A stretch of 62,183 nt of DNA, filler included, from Gonapodya sp. JEL0774 (GCA_027604505.1; 9 parts of 9 records of this genome joined end to end with filler, not necessarily neighbours in it), one strand, 5' to 3'. Shown: positions 13,260 to 25,200, numbered from the whole stretch's first letter. The notes: generated by a model from the sequence alone, not told the origin. Program-made: numbers and translations.

Positions 13260-13832
13260 ATGGACATCCAGACTCGGGTGCTTGTCCGACGCGAAGGCGA
13301 TGAGGACTTTCAAGACATCTGGAAGCCTAAGAAGTATGAGGTAAGAACTGGCAGTCTGCAACCCGTGCAGGCGGGAGTGTGAGATACCCATTCAACACAC
13401 TCCACTCACTCCATTTCGCTTCAAAGGATCTCCGCAGCTCTTGCTCCACGCTATTTCACAGCAAGATTGAAACTGGAGGCTTTGCTATAGTACGCCTGGT
13501 GGACCCTTACAAACCTTGGCCGGTGACGAGGATTCACCAACATACCGTGGGTCAATTACGCTAGTGTCACGTCTTGGCCTCACCTTACCGACAATATTCT
13601 CATCATAAATGTCTTCGAGACTACAGGGACGGTGACTATTTGGAGTTGCGGTCGAAGTTACCCGTCACAGAATGCAACCCTGAGGATATGACGTCATCTC
13701 TCGTAACTTACGTGTTGCGGACTCTACCGACACTCGCCATTCGAGGATATCACATGTTCAGGCAGCTGTGGTTGTTGAAGACAGTGGAGACGAGGAAAGG
13801 CTCGTAGAACTCACCAACGAGAGCCCCCTACG
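13260..13832 (+). CDS. Hypothetical protein, 5' exons only
   Basis: ATG exon MDIQTRVLVRREGDEDFQDIWKPKKYE ends at a gtaag donor and further short exons follow. No family recognised. Confidence 0.3.
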
Positions 13833-13932
13833 NNNNNNNNNNNNNNNNNNNNNNNNNNNNNNNNNNNNNNNNNNNNTTAATTAATTAANNNNNNNNNNNN
13901 NNNNNNNNNNNNNNNNNNNNNNNNNNNNNNNN
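13833..13932. other. Artificial contig spacer
   Basis: N44-TTAATTAATTAA-N44. Confidence 0.99.
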
Positions 13933-14127
13933 CTGGCATTGTCTCAGAAAAAGGTGAACCTGCCGCTGTCGGGCTTTGTGTTGTTCTGGAAATCGAAGGA
14001 GAAGGAGGTCAGGCACAATCATCCAGAGTATGGATTTGGGATGGTTGGAGCTACAATTGGAGATATGTGGACTGAAATGACAGAAGAGGAGAAGGAGTTT
14101 TTTTTCTGCAACTTGGGGTTCAAGTAG
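13933..14127 (+). CDS. HMG-box fragment (5' end cut by the contig edge; possibly degenerate)
   Basis: PLSGFVLFWKSKEKEVRHNHPEYGFGMVGATIGDMWTEMTEEEKEFF fits the HMG-box pattern P-S-F-LF....V...HP....V...G..W..M.EEEK. Confidence 0.75.
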   Translation: MALSQKKVNLPLSGFVLFWKSKEKEVRHNHPEYGFGMVGATIGDMWTEMTEEEKEFFFCNLGFK

Positions 14128-14234
14128 TTATATTTCATGCTTGTCTGCGGCTCCTTGTGAAAGCCATTCATGACGGAGTCTGCGAGACTCAAAACGATCG
14201 CCCAGAACATTGTCAGCAATACAAAATAACAAGC

Positions 14235-15105
14235 ATGCCAATCAAAATGGGAGCAGCACCTACAACCATCGAAATGCCACCACGGGGAGTACTTTACCTG
14301 GAACTCCACATCGTCTGTCGTCCTCATGTGGCATGCCAACGTAATCCAGCCAGTTGAAGCAACAGGGAAGGGACATACAATGCAGAAGCGCGGGATGGAT
14401 GTCGCGGAGGCCATCAGAAAGGAGAACCTGGTGCTTTACGCGAAGGTCACGCACCAGAACACCGATCGCCCAGTCAAGGCCCTTGTGATTGCCTGGGAGC
14501 AGCAGAACACCGTTTTGGAAAAGCTCACAGGTGAGAATGAGGAGGAGTCAGAGTTAGATGCAAAGGTGAAGGAGTATGCAAATGCGGTGAGTGACACAAG
14601 CAGCTGTTTGTCAAGCGTTGGTTTCAGACATCACCATTGCACACATGCATCACAACAGCAAGTAGCTTTCAACGAAAACCTTGCCAATAACAAGGAGAAC
14701 GCTTTGGCTGATAGGAAACAGGACATGAAGCTGGCAGCTGGTGAGTTGGGAGTGTTTTTGGTTCAGGACTGTTGTTTGCTCACTTCCCCATCGGACATCA
14801 GACAGAACGCCACAGAAACGCTCTCCAAGAAGCATGCACTAGGAATGGACCGCAGCGGACGTCACCAACAGGAAGAAAGGCTGGAGATACCCTTCAGACG
14901 CACGGAACAGCCTTCTTAGGCTGGAGGAATTGCTGAAGGAGGACAACCAGGAGAAAGAGGGTTACTTAGCAATAGCAAGGCAAGCAGAGGAGAGAAGAAC
15001 AAATGCGTTGGAGCTAAAGGAGAGGAAGAGCAAGTGAGGGTGGCTGCAGCAAACCAGCGGATGATTATGGAGATTTTTAAGAGTTTGATAAGCAACAAGC
15101 AGTAA
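14235..15105 (+). pseudogene. PIF/Harbinger accessory (Myb/SANT-like, coiled-coil) gene, degenerate
   Basis: TWNSTSSVVLMWHANVIQP..DVAEAI..LTGENEEESELDAKV plus a coiled-coil tail. It is convergent with the transposase, as in two-gene Harbinger elements, and its frames are broken. Confidence 0.6.
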
Positions 15106-15114
15106 CTATGTATT

Positions 15115-16100
15115 TCAATAGAAATTTGCTACATATATGCTTGCAAATATGCATTGATTGATGGGGGCTCGACTCCGAACTTCACACTTTGTCTCACAAC
15201 CATAAAAACATGTATGAGCATTAGCCAAGAAAACACCCACGTGATAATAAGATGCTACTGGTGATAACTCTACTTTCAGTATCCTGTAGTAGTTCAAAAA
15301 CCCAAAAGAGTTGCCAGCTTGTCCCATGCCCACTCAATTGACACCCTTACTGCGCTGTTTGAAGAGTTGTACTGTTGCTGCTCCAGCATCAAGTGCGGCA
15401 ACTTCCAAGGCCCAACAAGGTGACCATTGCCAGGGAGATAAGCAGGGTCTCCATAGATTTGGTATGGTTCGTGGTTTGGGCCAAAAGCTGTCCAGGGGAA
15501 AACATCTAGAAATGACAAAGTAGACACACTCAATTGACAACTCACCATGCTGTGCTGTGAAAGAATGTCATTGAGTCTGCTCAGTCTGTAAATTGTGATG
15601 TCATGATCCGGGCGAAGAAAAGGTCCGCAAAGATGTATGACGATCCCATCAGGGGTCACCACTCCTTGAAACTTGAGTGAATGCTGACGCTTGTGTCCAC
15701 TGTTATACTTCCTTTGATGATGCATTGGTCGCACTATTTAGCGCTCTGTTCCATTGATGAATCTGAAGACGGTTTGAAGTGGGGACCAGGCGCTGTGAAC
15801 AGCATGGCAAAACTGCTTTAGCAGCACAGGGGTCAGCTGCTGAGTATCCCACATCAAAATTTCCTTTGATTTGCGTGTGATTTTGTTGACAAGATAGGCG
15901 ATAATGCAAGAAAGCTCGTCTGCAGAGCGACCAAAGGTGAGGGCAATATTGGCAAGGCGATGGGGGAAGGTGAAACGACAAAGAAGCACACAGAGTGCCT
16001 CTATCCTAAGAAATCAAAGTCAATTTTCCAGGATGATGATTTCGGGAATCTCAAGTGCTGCTTTAAGTTGAAATAGGTCAGCGTTTTTGAACCTATCGTG
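15115..16100 (-). pseudogene. PIF/Harbinger (DDE_Tnp_4/HARBI1-like) transposase pseudogene
   Basis: EALCVLLCRFTFPHRL, FINGT (canonical FIDGT), an in-frame TAA at 15738-15740, GHKRQHSLKFQGVVTPDG, HD, YGDPAY, VRVSIEW, and a frameshift near 15300. Confidence 0.9.
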
Positions 16101-16481
16101 ATTGGGGTGAAATATTCCTACATCTGGGGTCCTGCCCTTCTCCTGATCCGCTCCCACTTTGAGACATCATTTGCCTGCTCCGCCTGTGGGATTCCATTCT
16201 GTGTTTCCACATCTTGCTTCACTCTATTCTCAAACACCTGATCCATTAACAGGGATAGGGATGGCTTTGAATGCTTTTGTAGAGTAGTATTAAATGTCTA
16301 GAAGTGATCTACCAGGTGTCCATACCAGATAATCAAAGCTCCGTCCAATCAATGGTGTTCTAGTCAATGTGGAGGTGGTGAACGGCTGTGAAATGATTGG
16401 GAAAGGTAGATGACAGTGAAGTGTTCACCTGGGTGGTGAAACTTGTTCAACCACCAGTGAATGGGCAGTGAACCATCCAGC

Positions 16482-16586
16482 TAAGGAATAGAACCACATT
16501 CAACTGCAGTCAGTAGAAGAAACATACATACCAATCTTGGTGGTGAAGCATTCAACTGAAGTTGAATGTGGTTGTTGGTTTCCTGA
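16482..16586. repeat. Imperfect inverted repeat, probably a DNA transposon subterminal region or MITE remnant
   Basis: AACCACATTCAACT (16492-16505) and its exact reverse complement AGTTGAATGTGGTT (16560-16573), flanked by AGGAA/TTCCT. Confidence 0.55.
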
Positions 16587-18176
16587 TGTAGGTCCACTGC
16601 TGTGTGGACTTGAGGTGTCACTCCAATCAATTCAGCTATGTGGTGGTGTGCAGGGACTGTGCACTGTGGCTTAAAGCCACAACCTCACACACCTGGGACA
16701 GAGAGCAATCCTTCACTACATCTGTCCTAGGTGAGTCAAGCAATAATGAGCAATGGTTGTTTACTGTTCATATTCACATTCTGAATAAATATCATTTGCT
16801 GCATGTGTCCTAGTCCTCATTGTGACAATCCCGGACTAGTTGGGTCTCACTGGCCTGACATTAGGACTTGAAGGACAGCCTTACATTCATAGTTTAGTGG
16901 TATCCGTGATGTACTCTTAGAGACTGTTGATTTATGGAGATGACAACTTCCTAAATAAATCCTTGATGAACTAACTGCCAGACTGGTAGATAGGGAGATG
17001 AGCCCAAAGCACAGGGATAGTGGTATGTGGTATTAGCAATCATTAAGGATGTGGGGCATAGTGGTTCCTGCACAGGGTTGTTACTAGTTGGGATTAGACA
17101 TTCTTTTAGGGGTGACAACTAGCACTCTGTCTCAGGTAGGACAGAGGCTTAGTTGTGGATTGGACATTGCATTCACATATCTGTCTCAGTTTTTCTGTAG
17201 TTTGGGAAGTGACTCCAAAGTCACATCACAGTGTTGGAGCAGTCTGATTTTCAAACCCTTTCTTCTGGGCCCTGACAGAGGGCCAGTTTTTGGATCTGTA
17301 TCTGGGACTTTTCTTGGGATTGGCCTCTTGCATGTCAAGGTTGAGTGTCATTCTGTTGTGTTTGAGGACGCTTGTAAATCATGCCCTATTTGTGGATCCT
17401 CTTGTCCTGTCTCAAAGTATTGGATATATGTGATGTTGTGCGTTTGTGTGAGCGATGTGTGTAGTATATATCTGTATGATGGACTGCTGCACATCGATGA
17501 GTGCACTGGTGTGTAATATACTAAGTTGCCCACATGAGACAATACCTGTATTCTGACACAATGCACCATGCTCCCCCCCCCTCTTCCTTTTGTACACATC
17601 TGTGTCCATTTGTCCTGCCTGCTGCCAGTGCACTTGGTCGGACCTTTCCTCAGACTGAGCTATTCCCCATGGTTTAGTCCAGCCTCTACTCAACATTTTT
17701 GTTGTCCTCATTCCGTAGCCATTATAGTTTTTTGAAGTCAATGTAATAGGAATCAACACATAAGCACCATTTTTGTTTTGCTTCTTCTGGGTTGTGGCTT
17801 CCAAACTATGTCACAAGTTGAATGCGTGACAGAATTTAATTGAGTTCAAAATTAATGCAATCTGAATACTTTGTTTGTCTCATAATCATTCTATAACAAA
17901 AAGTTCATTCATGTACACCCAGTTTGAAGATGCATAAATATGTCTCTGCAAAAAGAGGATTGTATACACAGAGGTGAGAGATTCTTAATACCCTAAACAC
18001 TATTTCCCTAATTGCATATCAACCTTTACATATTTGTATTCTTCAGGTACAACTGCTGGATAGAATATGTTCTGCAGTTCATGTGCTAGTTCCACATCAT
18101 TTTCTTAATTTCAGTTCCAATTCATGTAAGTGCTTGTAAAGATATAGTGAGAAGATTTTACGATATGTTGTAACCT

Positions 18177-20758
18177 TTAAGGCCACAATGGCTTCCTTGA
18201 CATAGAATAAAGTCTGTGCATGCTGAGCTGGAATTTGCTGTGTGAAACTCAATACTGTAATCATCCACCAACTAAAGTCAAGAGCACATACATACCTTGA
18301 CTTCTGGAGGCAATAAAAAGTGCATTTACTAAAACAAAGACTCCACAGCTGCAGCCATCTTGCTGTTTAGTTACTGGCCAAATCTTCTCCTTAATGTACA
18401 ATTTATCTGGCACATCCAATCGCTGACTCTCTTTTGTCAAGAACCCTGAAAGCTTTGTAAGATTATCACCTTGTAATTTGCCACTAAAACTTGAGTCAAA
18501 CACATGGACCTGCAGGACTGCCTTGCTTGGCTCCATAGCAACAAGTTTCCAATGTCCAGGATTTGGATTGTCATTGTTCTTCACAGTAGGGGGCACAAAG
18601 ACAGCAACCAAAGTTAGTCTGGAAAATATGTCCCACTTCTGTTTTGAAGCACGCCTATGCAAGTCCTTAAAGTGTCCATTACATAATTTGGCTGGAGTAA
18701 AGCTGTGAAGAGGAACAAATGCTCTCATGTGAAATTATCAGATTTGTCTTTTCAAAGTTGTAGTGTGTACCTTCAGATTTTACTGGAGATGAATCCTCAT
18801 TAGAGTATTGTCCTGCACAGAGAAGGGATTTTTGTCTTAGCAAACTACATATCTATGTTGATGAATGGGCACTCACTTTTTTTATCATGAGTTGCCATAG
18901 AAGGAGTTTTCTGCCTTGTGAATGGTATAGGTTCTGGTTTCACAACAGGAGGAGTTTTAATCCGCAGAATAGGCACCCTTTGGTAACACAGTGCCTCCAA
19001 TCGCCACTCTTCTACACAATGTAGAAGACCTCCGGGTTTGTCCTCAATAAAAAAATTGGGTATTTCATCAAATTTGTGTTTGGTGTAAGGTCTGGCCACA
19101 CTATCTTTATCAAGGTTGTCAAAAAGCAGACACTCAGTCTCCCCAGAAATGTTAGCAGTTTTGGCAATCCGCACATGGTGGATCTGCAAAAGCTTTGGAG
19201 ACATTGCTGCAGCAGATAGGACCTTTGTTTGAAACCATTTAGAGACAAGGTCATAGCAAATTTGATCTCCATCTAATGATACCCATAATCTTTGTGGGAT
19301 ATAGATAGTGTTGGCCCTAGCCTCGCTACCTGCAAATATTCATCAACAATACTGGGCCTTGACCACTGATTTGAGCGACTGCATGATCTACCTTCAATAA
19401 AAATTTCACATAACAGGACTTGAGGGGCACTGAGTAAAGATCTTTCCTGCCTCTTAGTCTCATCCTTGCCATTATCATCGCAGGCACTGCAGCTTCCCTC
19501 CCACATGAAGAAGCAAGTTTGATCATGCAGAGCATCAACAATAGCCATGTCTGGATCTGACTGTTCTGCTTCTGGATGAAATGGTGTAATTGAGATGGTG
19601 CCAGTGAACTAGAATGCAAGCACAGTGTAACATAACATCATTTATAAAGTGGACAATCAACTACCTCAATGCGAGTTCCAGTGTTTGCAATGCAATCCTT
19701 GTTGGAGCATTTGGACTTTGCCTGTGATTTAAAATAAAACATCTCCTTTATCTCATCTGATGCATCACCGAAGATCTCTCCATATAGATCTGTTGGAAAA
19801 CCTGTTCTGGTTGTGTCATACTTTTTCCTTTTGTCATATTTTTTTGACTTGTCTTTCTGTCCCCCAAAAAGTATGCTTGCAACAATCTGCCTGAACTGAG
19901 TCTGCTCTGCTACAAGGATGTCCTGGATATTTGCAGGTAAAGGAGGAGTGTTACGGAGGTGGTGAACTCTTTTAGCAATGGCAAGTACTGGATGGTTGCT
20001 GAGTTTAATGGAGTTTAATTTAAGCTTGTGTTGCAAACAGTAAATCATCATCATACTCACAATTCCCCTAGACTATGAACATGGGGAATACACCCAACAA
20101 TCTCCTCAAGAACAACATCCTGCCAGCAAGAATTGTTCACATATCTAAAAACATAGATAAGAGCAACTGGAACAGATTTGAGAGCAACCCATGTTGATTT
20201 AACACACTTAAATATTGGAATCAGAATCCCTGATGTGAGCTCCTCAGCTTCAAGCAAGACTCTAGATTTTAGGGTTTTCACAGCAACCTTAGGTTGAGCT
20301 CCTATGGAGGTTTTCCTTAATCTTTTCTCTTTGGGTCCTAGACCTTTGAGGAGCTCCTCAGTTTTTTCAGGTGCTTTGTAAGCTGAAGGAACCATCTTGA
20401 CTTGCTTTAAGCCAAGCAATTTTGGAGTCTGTGGCTGTAAGACTGTAGCTGGATCATTTTCTAATGAACAGAAGTGAAGAGCACATGTGATAATTAATCC
20501 CTGTTTAGTAGTTGAAGCTTACCTTGCCTTGCAAATACTTTCTTTTCTTCTTTGACTTGTAGCCTCTTAGTTCTCTCTCCATATGCTAATGGTGCACCTG
20601 AAACAGCTGCATTCCACCTAGCAATGTCATTTTTCATGAACAGAAATATGTCCCCAATTCCATCCACAAGTGATCCATTCCGATTAAACTTATAAGCTTT
20701 CAGCCATCGCTGAATGCCTTCCTGCGCATTAGTGGATAACCCTGATACCTTCTCTCCC
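18177..20758 (-). mobile_element. Mutator-like (MULE) transposase C-terminus + USP/C19-like protease domain + Ulp1/C48 protease domain (spliced; 5' end cut by the contig edge)
   Basis: STNAQEGIQRWLK resembles the MULE catalytic Glu motif. NNSCWQDVVLE is a Cys box, followed by CSNKDC/CSAC, SAPQVLLCE, YIPQRL..YDLVS..HHVR..LFDNL. The Ulp1 part has GHW..FDSS..QQDGCSCGVF. Confidence 0.7.
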
Positions 20759-20858
20759 NNNNNNNNNNNNNNNNNNNNNNNNNNNNNNNNNNNNNNNNNN
20801 NNTTAATTAATTAANNNNNNNNNNNNNNNNNNNNNNNNNNNNNNNNNNNNNNNNNNNN
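20759..20858. other. Artificial contig spacer
   Basis: N44-TTAATTAATTAA-N44. Confidence 0.99.
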
Positions 20859-21110
20859 CGGCACCACTACCCCCCATACCCGCCGGCTTACGGTGGTGGC
20901 TATGGTGGCGGTTACGACCCATACTATGCACCGCCACCTCCTCAGAGACCTTACCGTGACGACTACTACAACCGCGGCCCACCTGGCGGGTACATGAGAA
21001 GTCCTCCGAGGAACAGAAGCAGGAGCCCCGGAGGGTACAGGCGTGGTGGAGATCGCGGTGGATACGGTGGTGGGAGGGATGATTTGCCGCCGGTTGATAG
21101 GAGGGATTAG
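20859..21110 (+). CDS. 3' end of an RS/RGG/Tyr-Gly-rich RNA-binding-type protein
   Basis: ..YGGGYGGGYDPYY..RSPPRNRSRSPGGYRRGGDRGGYGGGRDD..RRD* with the stop at 21108-21110. Confidence 0.7.
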   Translation, partial: RHHYPPYPPAYGGGYGGGYDPYYAPPPPQRPYRDDYYNRGPPGGYMRSPPRNRSRSPGGYRRGGDRGGYGGGRDDLPPVDRRD

Positions 21111-22251
21111 TGTGGTGTGTTAAGGTGGGTTGATCGGAAGCTTGCGAATCGTAAGAGGGTTTGTCGGGCGTGATCTGATCGCTTTATTTTCTGGAAACGT
21201 TCCAGATCAATCCAAACTGAAAACCGTCCCTTATCCCACATCGAATATTCAGACCCATCCCTTTCATTTTCAGACATACTTTCCTTTTGACAGTGCTTAA
21301 CCCCTTATTTCTCGCTATTTGTGACCAAGTCATACGTCACACTTGCCTTCTTTTTCATGCAGCTGTTCACACCCGGACGGGAGAAGCCAACGGAGGGCGA
21401 TCTATTGAGGAGCACGTTAGGAGCATGGGGCTCGTTAGGAAAAAATGGACGCCAGATCTGCTGGAGGCTGGAGCCGGGCAGCGATTCATCAGTGTATGCA
21501 TGTGTAGGACGTAGGACGTAGGACGTTAGGGAGAAATATCGGAGGGCGGGACACCAGCACTTTTTTCTTTTCATTTTCAAAACAAACGGCAGGAAACTCC
21601 GGGAAGGGATAACCTCGTGTCCACAGCTTAAACGGAGCGCTTGTAACAGGTTTGTTTGGCGGTCTTGGTCCTAAGTTGACGGGCCAATGCACGTGCCCTC
21701 TCTGCTGCAGAGCGATGTCAGAGCGAATGTCCTTTCCCTGGAATGACCAGTGAATGCATTCCAGAGCAAGTGCATGCAACGGATTTTTAATAATGCATAC
21801 AGTAGTCCTGTCTTTGTACTGTACTCGCAATATAATCTCTGGTTCGATCTCAAGTTGTTGTGTCCACACGTAACCATGAGTCTGAACCACATGACGGGTT
21901 AAAAAAAACGTATGCGGTCATTGGCCCATGGGGATGTCATAATGTTGTACTTCAAGTTTGAAGGCTCGGCGTAGGGCGTGGGGCCAGCTCGACAATGTGC
22001 CCGACAATGTCGGACTATGTAACTATGGCACCAGACAACATAGCGCTAGAACCCATATCAGCAACCTGGTAAGCTACATCCAGTTTGAGTACCGCAGATT
22101 TGTGTCCCGTGACCGATCAATCACGATGCCTGGAACTCTATCTGAACTTCCTCGCTCGATTAAGAATGCGGTTCGTGTATCAGGGTCAAGAATCCAATTG
22201 AATTTATACCAACTACTTGCACAATGTTTAGAGTGTCTACATCGTACTCCT

Positions 22252-25200
22252 CTACAACTTGTCTGGGAAAGCACAAACAAAGGGAAAGAAAGAATGAGCT
22301 CGAACTCTCGTCGTTACCTCGGAGAATGAGGAGAACTTACCGTAGTAACGGTCGAGGGGAGGAACATCCTCCGAAAGACCCTTGCGTTTTCGGATGCCAC
22401 GGACGACTTCGTAGGGCTTCTTTCCAGGGGCGAGCGGGTCGCCTTCCAGAATTTGCCAGTGCTTGATACGGAGACAGGCAAAACAAAACAAAACAAAACA
22501 AAACAAAACAAAACAAAACAAAAAAAAAAAAGTCTAATAAGAATATATGAGAGAGAGCCAAATAATCCGTACTCACGTCGAAGACACACTGAGGGAAGGC
22601 TTGTCCGGACGTTGATTCACGGAGAGCGGCGGTGAAACCGAAGGATTCGGCGACGGGAAGGTAAGCCTTGACGTTGTACAAGGGAGTTCCGGGCCTTTGC
22701 TCTTCCTGGATGACGTGACCACGGCGCTTGTTGAGAACCGAGTAGATTCCGCCCATGGCGGATTCTAAATTGAGATTGAAAGATGACCGTAAGATTGATT
22801 GTTCAAATTTTATTGGAAATCAAAACAGCAACGCACCAGGACATTGGATCTCAACCAAGAAAACGGGCTCGAGGAGGCGAGGCTCAGCGAGCAAGGCAGC
22901 CGCGTAGACGACACGACGGCAAGTAGGAATAATTTGACCTCCACCACGGTGGATGGCATCAGCGTGCTGTTCAAGGCAAACACAGCGGGTACTAAGCATA
23001 CGATCATTGACGCAGGAGAAGCAGCAGTCGCCAAGAACTGACCAGTGTTACGTCAAGAATGTTGAACCTGCAAGACCTCATGTTTTCGTCGGCGAGCACA
23101 CCCTCCTTTGTGGCCCACTGGAACGCGGCGATGCAAGAGTCCTTGATTTCGTTCAGGTATTGCACGGCCTTGGTCATGTCGACAAGCAAGTTGGGGCCGT
23201 TGGTGTCGGGACCGAAACACCAGATCTTACGGGCGTCTGTGACGTCCCAGCCGTGTTCGTCGGCGAGGATACGTGCGCGAACCTTGAAATCGTCACGGGG
23301 GTTGATCTTGCCGGACTCGATTTCCTCGGCGACCTTGTCCTCAAGCGGTTGCGCCTTCATGTAAATACGGTTGTGCTTGTTGGGCGACTTCGACAGGGCA
23401 ACCATGGAGGACTCGGCCTGGACAGTCTCACGGTAAGGTACAACAGGTTCGCCGATCTTGATAGGAACCTGGGCGTGGTCCTCCTCGAGGTCCTTGAGGC
23501 AAATTTCCAAGTGGAGTTCACCGGCACCAGCGACAATGTGTTCGCCGGATTCGGATGTGAAGGTTTGCACACAGGGGTCGGACTTGGACAGACGTTTGAG
23601 ACCTTCGACGAGTTTGGGCAGGTCGTTGGCGTTCTTGACGTCGACGGCAACTTGCACGACGGGGGAGACGGAGAACTTCATGACCTTGAGGTTGTGTGCG
23701 TTCTCGGATGTGGAGATGGTACCTGTTGTACATCCAGTAAGATCAGCGACTGAGAACCAATAATCATTCCAGGTATCGCAACACACCAGACTTGAGCAAG
23801 AACTGGTCAATACCGACGAGACCGACCGTGTTACCGGCGGGCACATCCTCAACCGGCTCGACCGACCGACCCATCATGAGCACGGTCCTCTGGACCGCCT
23901 TGATGAACAAGTCGTCCTTCTTGCCCGGGGTGTAGTTGGGACCCTGGATCCGGACCTTCATACCGGCCTTGATGACACCCGAGAAGACACGCCCGAAAGC
24001 GTAGAACCGACCCTTGTCCGAAGTGGGCACCATCTTGGAGATGTAGACCATGAGAGGGGCCTTGGGGTCGCAGTTGCGGATACCCTCGGCACACTCGTCG
24101 TCAAGGGGACCCTCGTAGAGGGTGTCGACACGGTAGCGTTGGGCGGTGGCGGGGGAGGGGAGGTGGATACAGATCATTTCAAGGAGGGCCTCGCCGGCGG
24201 GGAGGAATTTTTTCATGACGGTCTGCACATCGAGAGTTGCGTGACAGAGACGTGAGAACCGATCCAGGCAGATGAACACGGCGACAACTGTTGTGATGAC
24301 ATACCTTGAGGAGTTGCTTGCCCTCGAATTGCTTCTCTTCACTCTTGAGTGTTACATCGAGCTTCTCGAGCATGTTGAAAACGACATCCTTCTTGCCGTT
24401 GGTGATGGCCTCAAAGAGCCTGTAGATGGGGTCCAGCACAAAGGCGCAGAAGGCACGCTCGAGGGGCTTGCCGTCGTCATCGGTGTTCTTGGTGGTCCAC
24501 TTCTTGGCTTTGGCGTTGAAGAAGTTGTCACCCCCTGAAAGAAGCAAGAGAGCACGCGTGAGGTTATAACAATCCTACTGCAGGACCAGGCTCAGCACCT
24601 TCAGTAACTCACAAAGACGAGTCATCATCTTCTCCCTGTCCACACCAAACTTCTTGGCGTAGCGTTTGGCGAATTGGCGGAGGGTGAATGCCCATCCGTG
24701 AAGGCCGGATCCAAAGGCGATGGTTCCCTTCTCGGGGTAGACCTGGAGGTCGCCCATGACGGAGTCGTTGTAGGTGGAGATGATGACGTTGACGGATTCG
24801 ATGATACGAGAGAAGTTCTGGAGGGGGAGATGGAAGGATGGGATATGTGTGAGCGAGCACATGGACTAGCGACCGGGGACAAGTGCTTGCGTCACCCTCG
24901 TAGCGACGAGACCACTCACTTGGTACAAGTCTTCCTTTGGCAACTGCAGCTCCAAAAGAGCACGGTCGACCTTGTTAACGATCAAGACGGGCTTGATACG
25001 TTCACCGAGGGCCTGACGCAGCACGGTCTCGGTCTGCACACACACGCCTTCGACAGAGTCGACGACGACGAGGGCACCGTCCGTGACACGAAGGGCGGCT
25101 GTGACTTCGGAGGAGAAGTCGACGTGGCCCGGGGAATCGATCAGGTTGATCAAGAAGTTCTTGTCTGGGACGGTGGAGCGGATGGGGCAAGAGGGGTATG

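Noticed and set aside
20439..20465. AAGACTGTA..GGATCATTTTCTA resembling U3 snoRNA boxes A'/A
   Set aside because: It is antisense to a coding exon and splice acceptor of the MULE-protease gene, and no downstream U3 boxes were seen.
21589..21640. RNase MRP/P or SRP RNA (GGAAACTCC..AAACGGAGC)
   Set aside because: The motifs are imperfect, too close together for the P4 pseudoknot, and do not form SRP helix 8.
21823..21895. snR30/U17 3' hairpin (TAACCAT resembling m2)
   Set aside because: There is no AUUCC m1 motif and the m2-to-ACA spacing is wrong.
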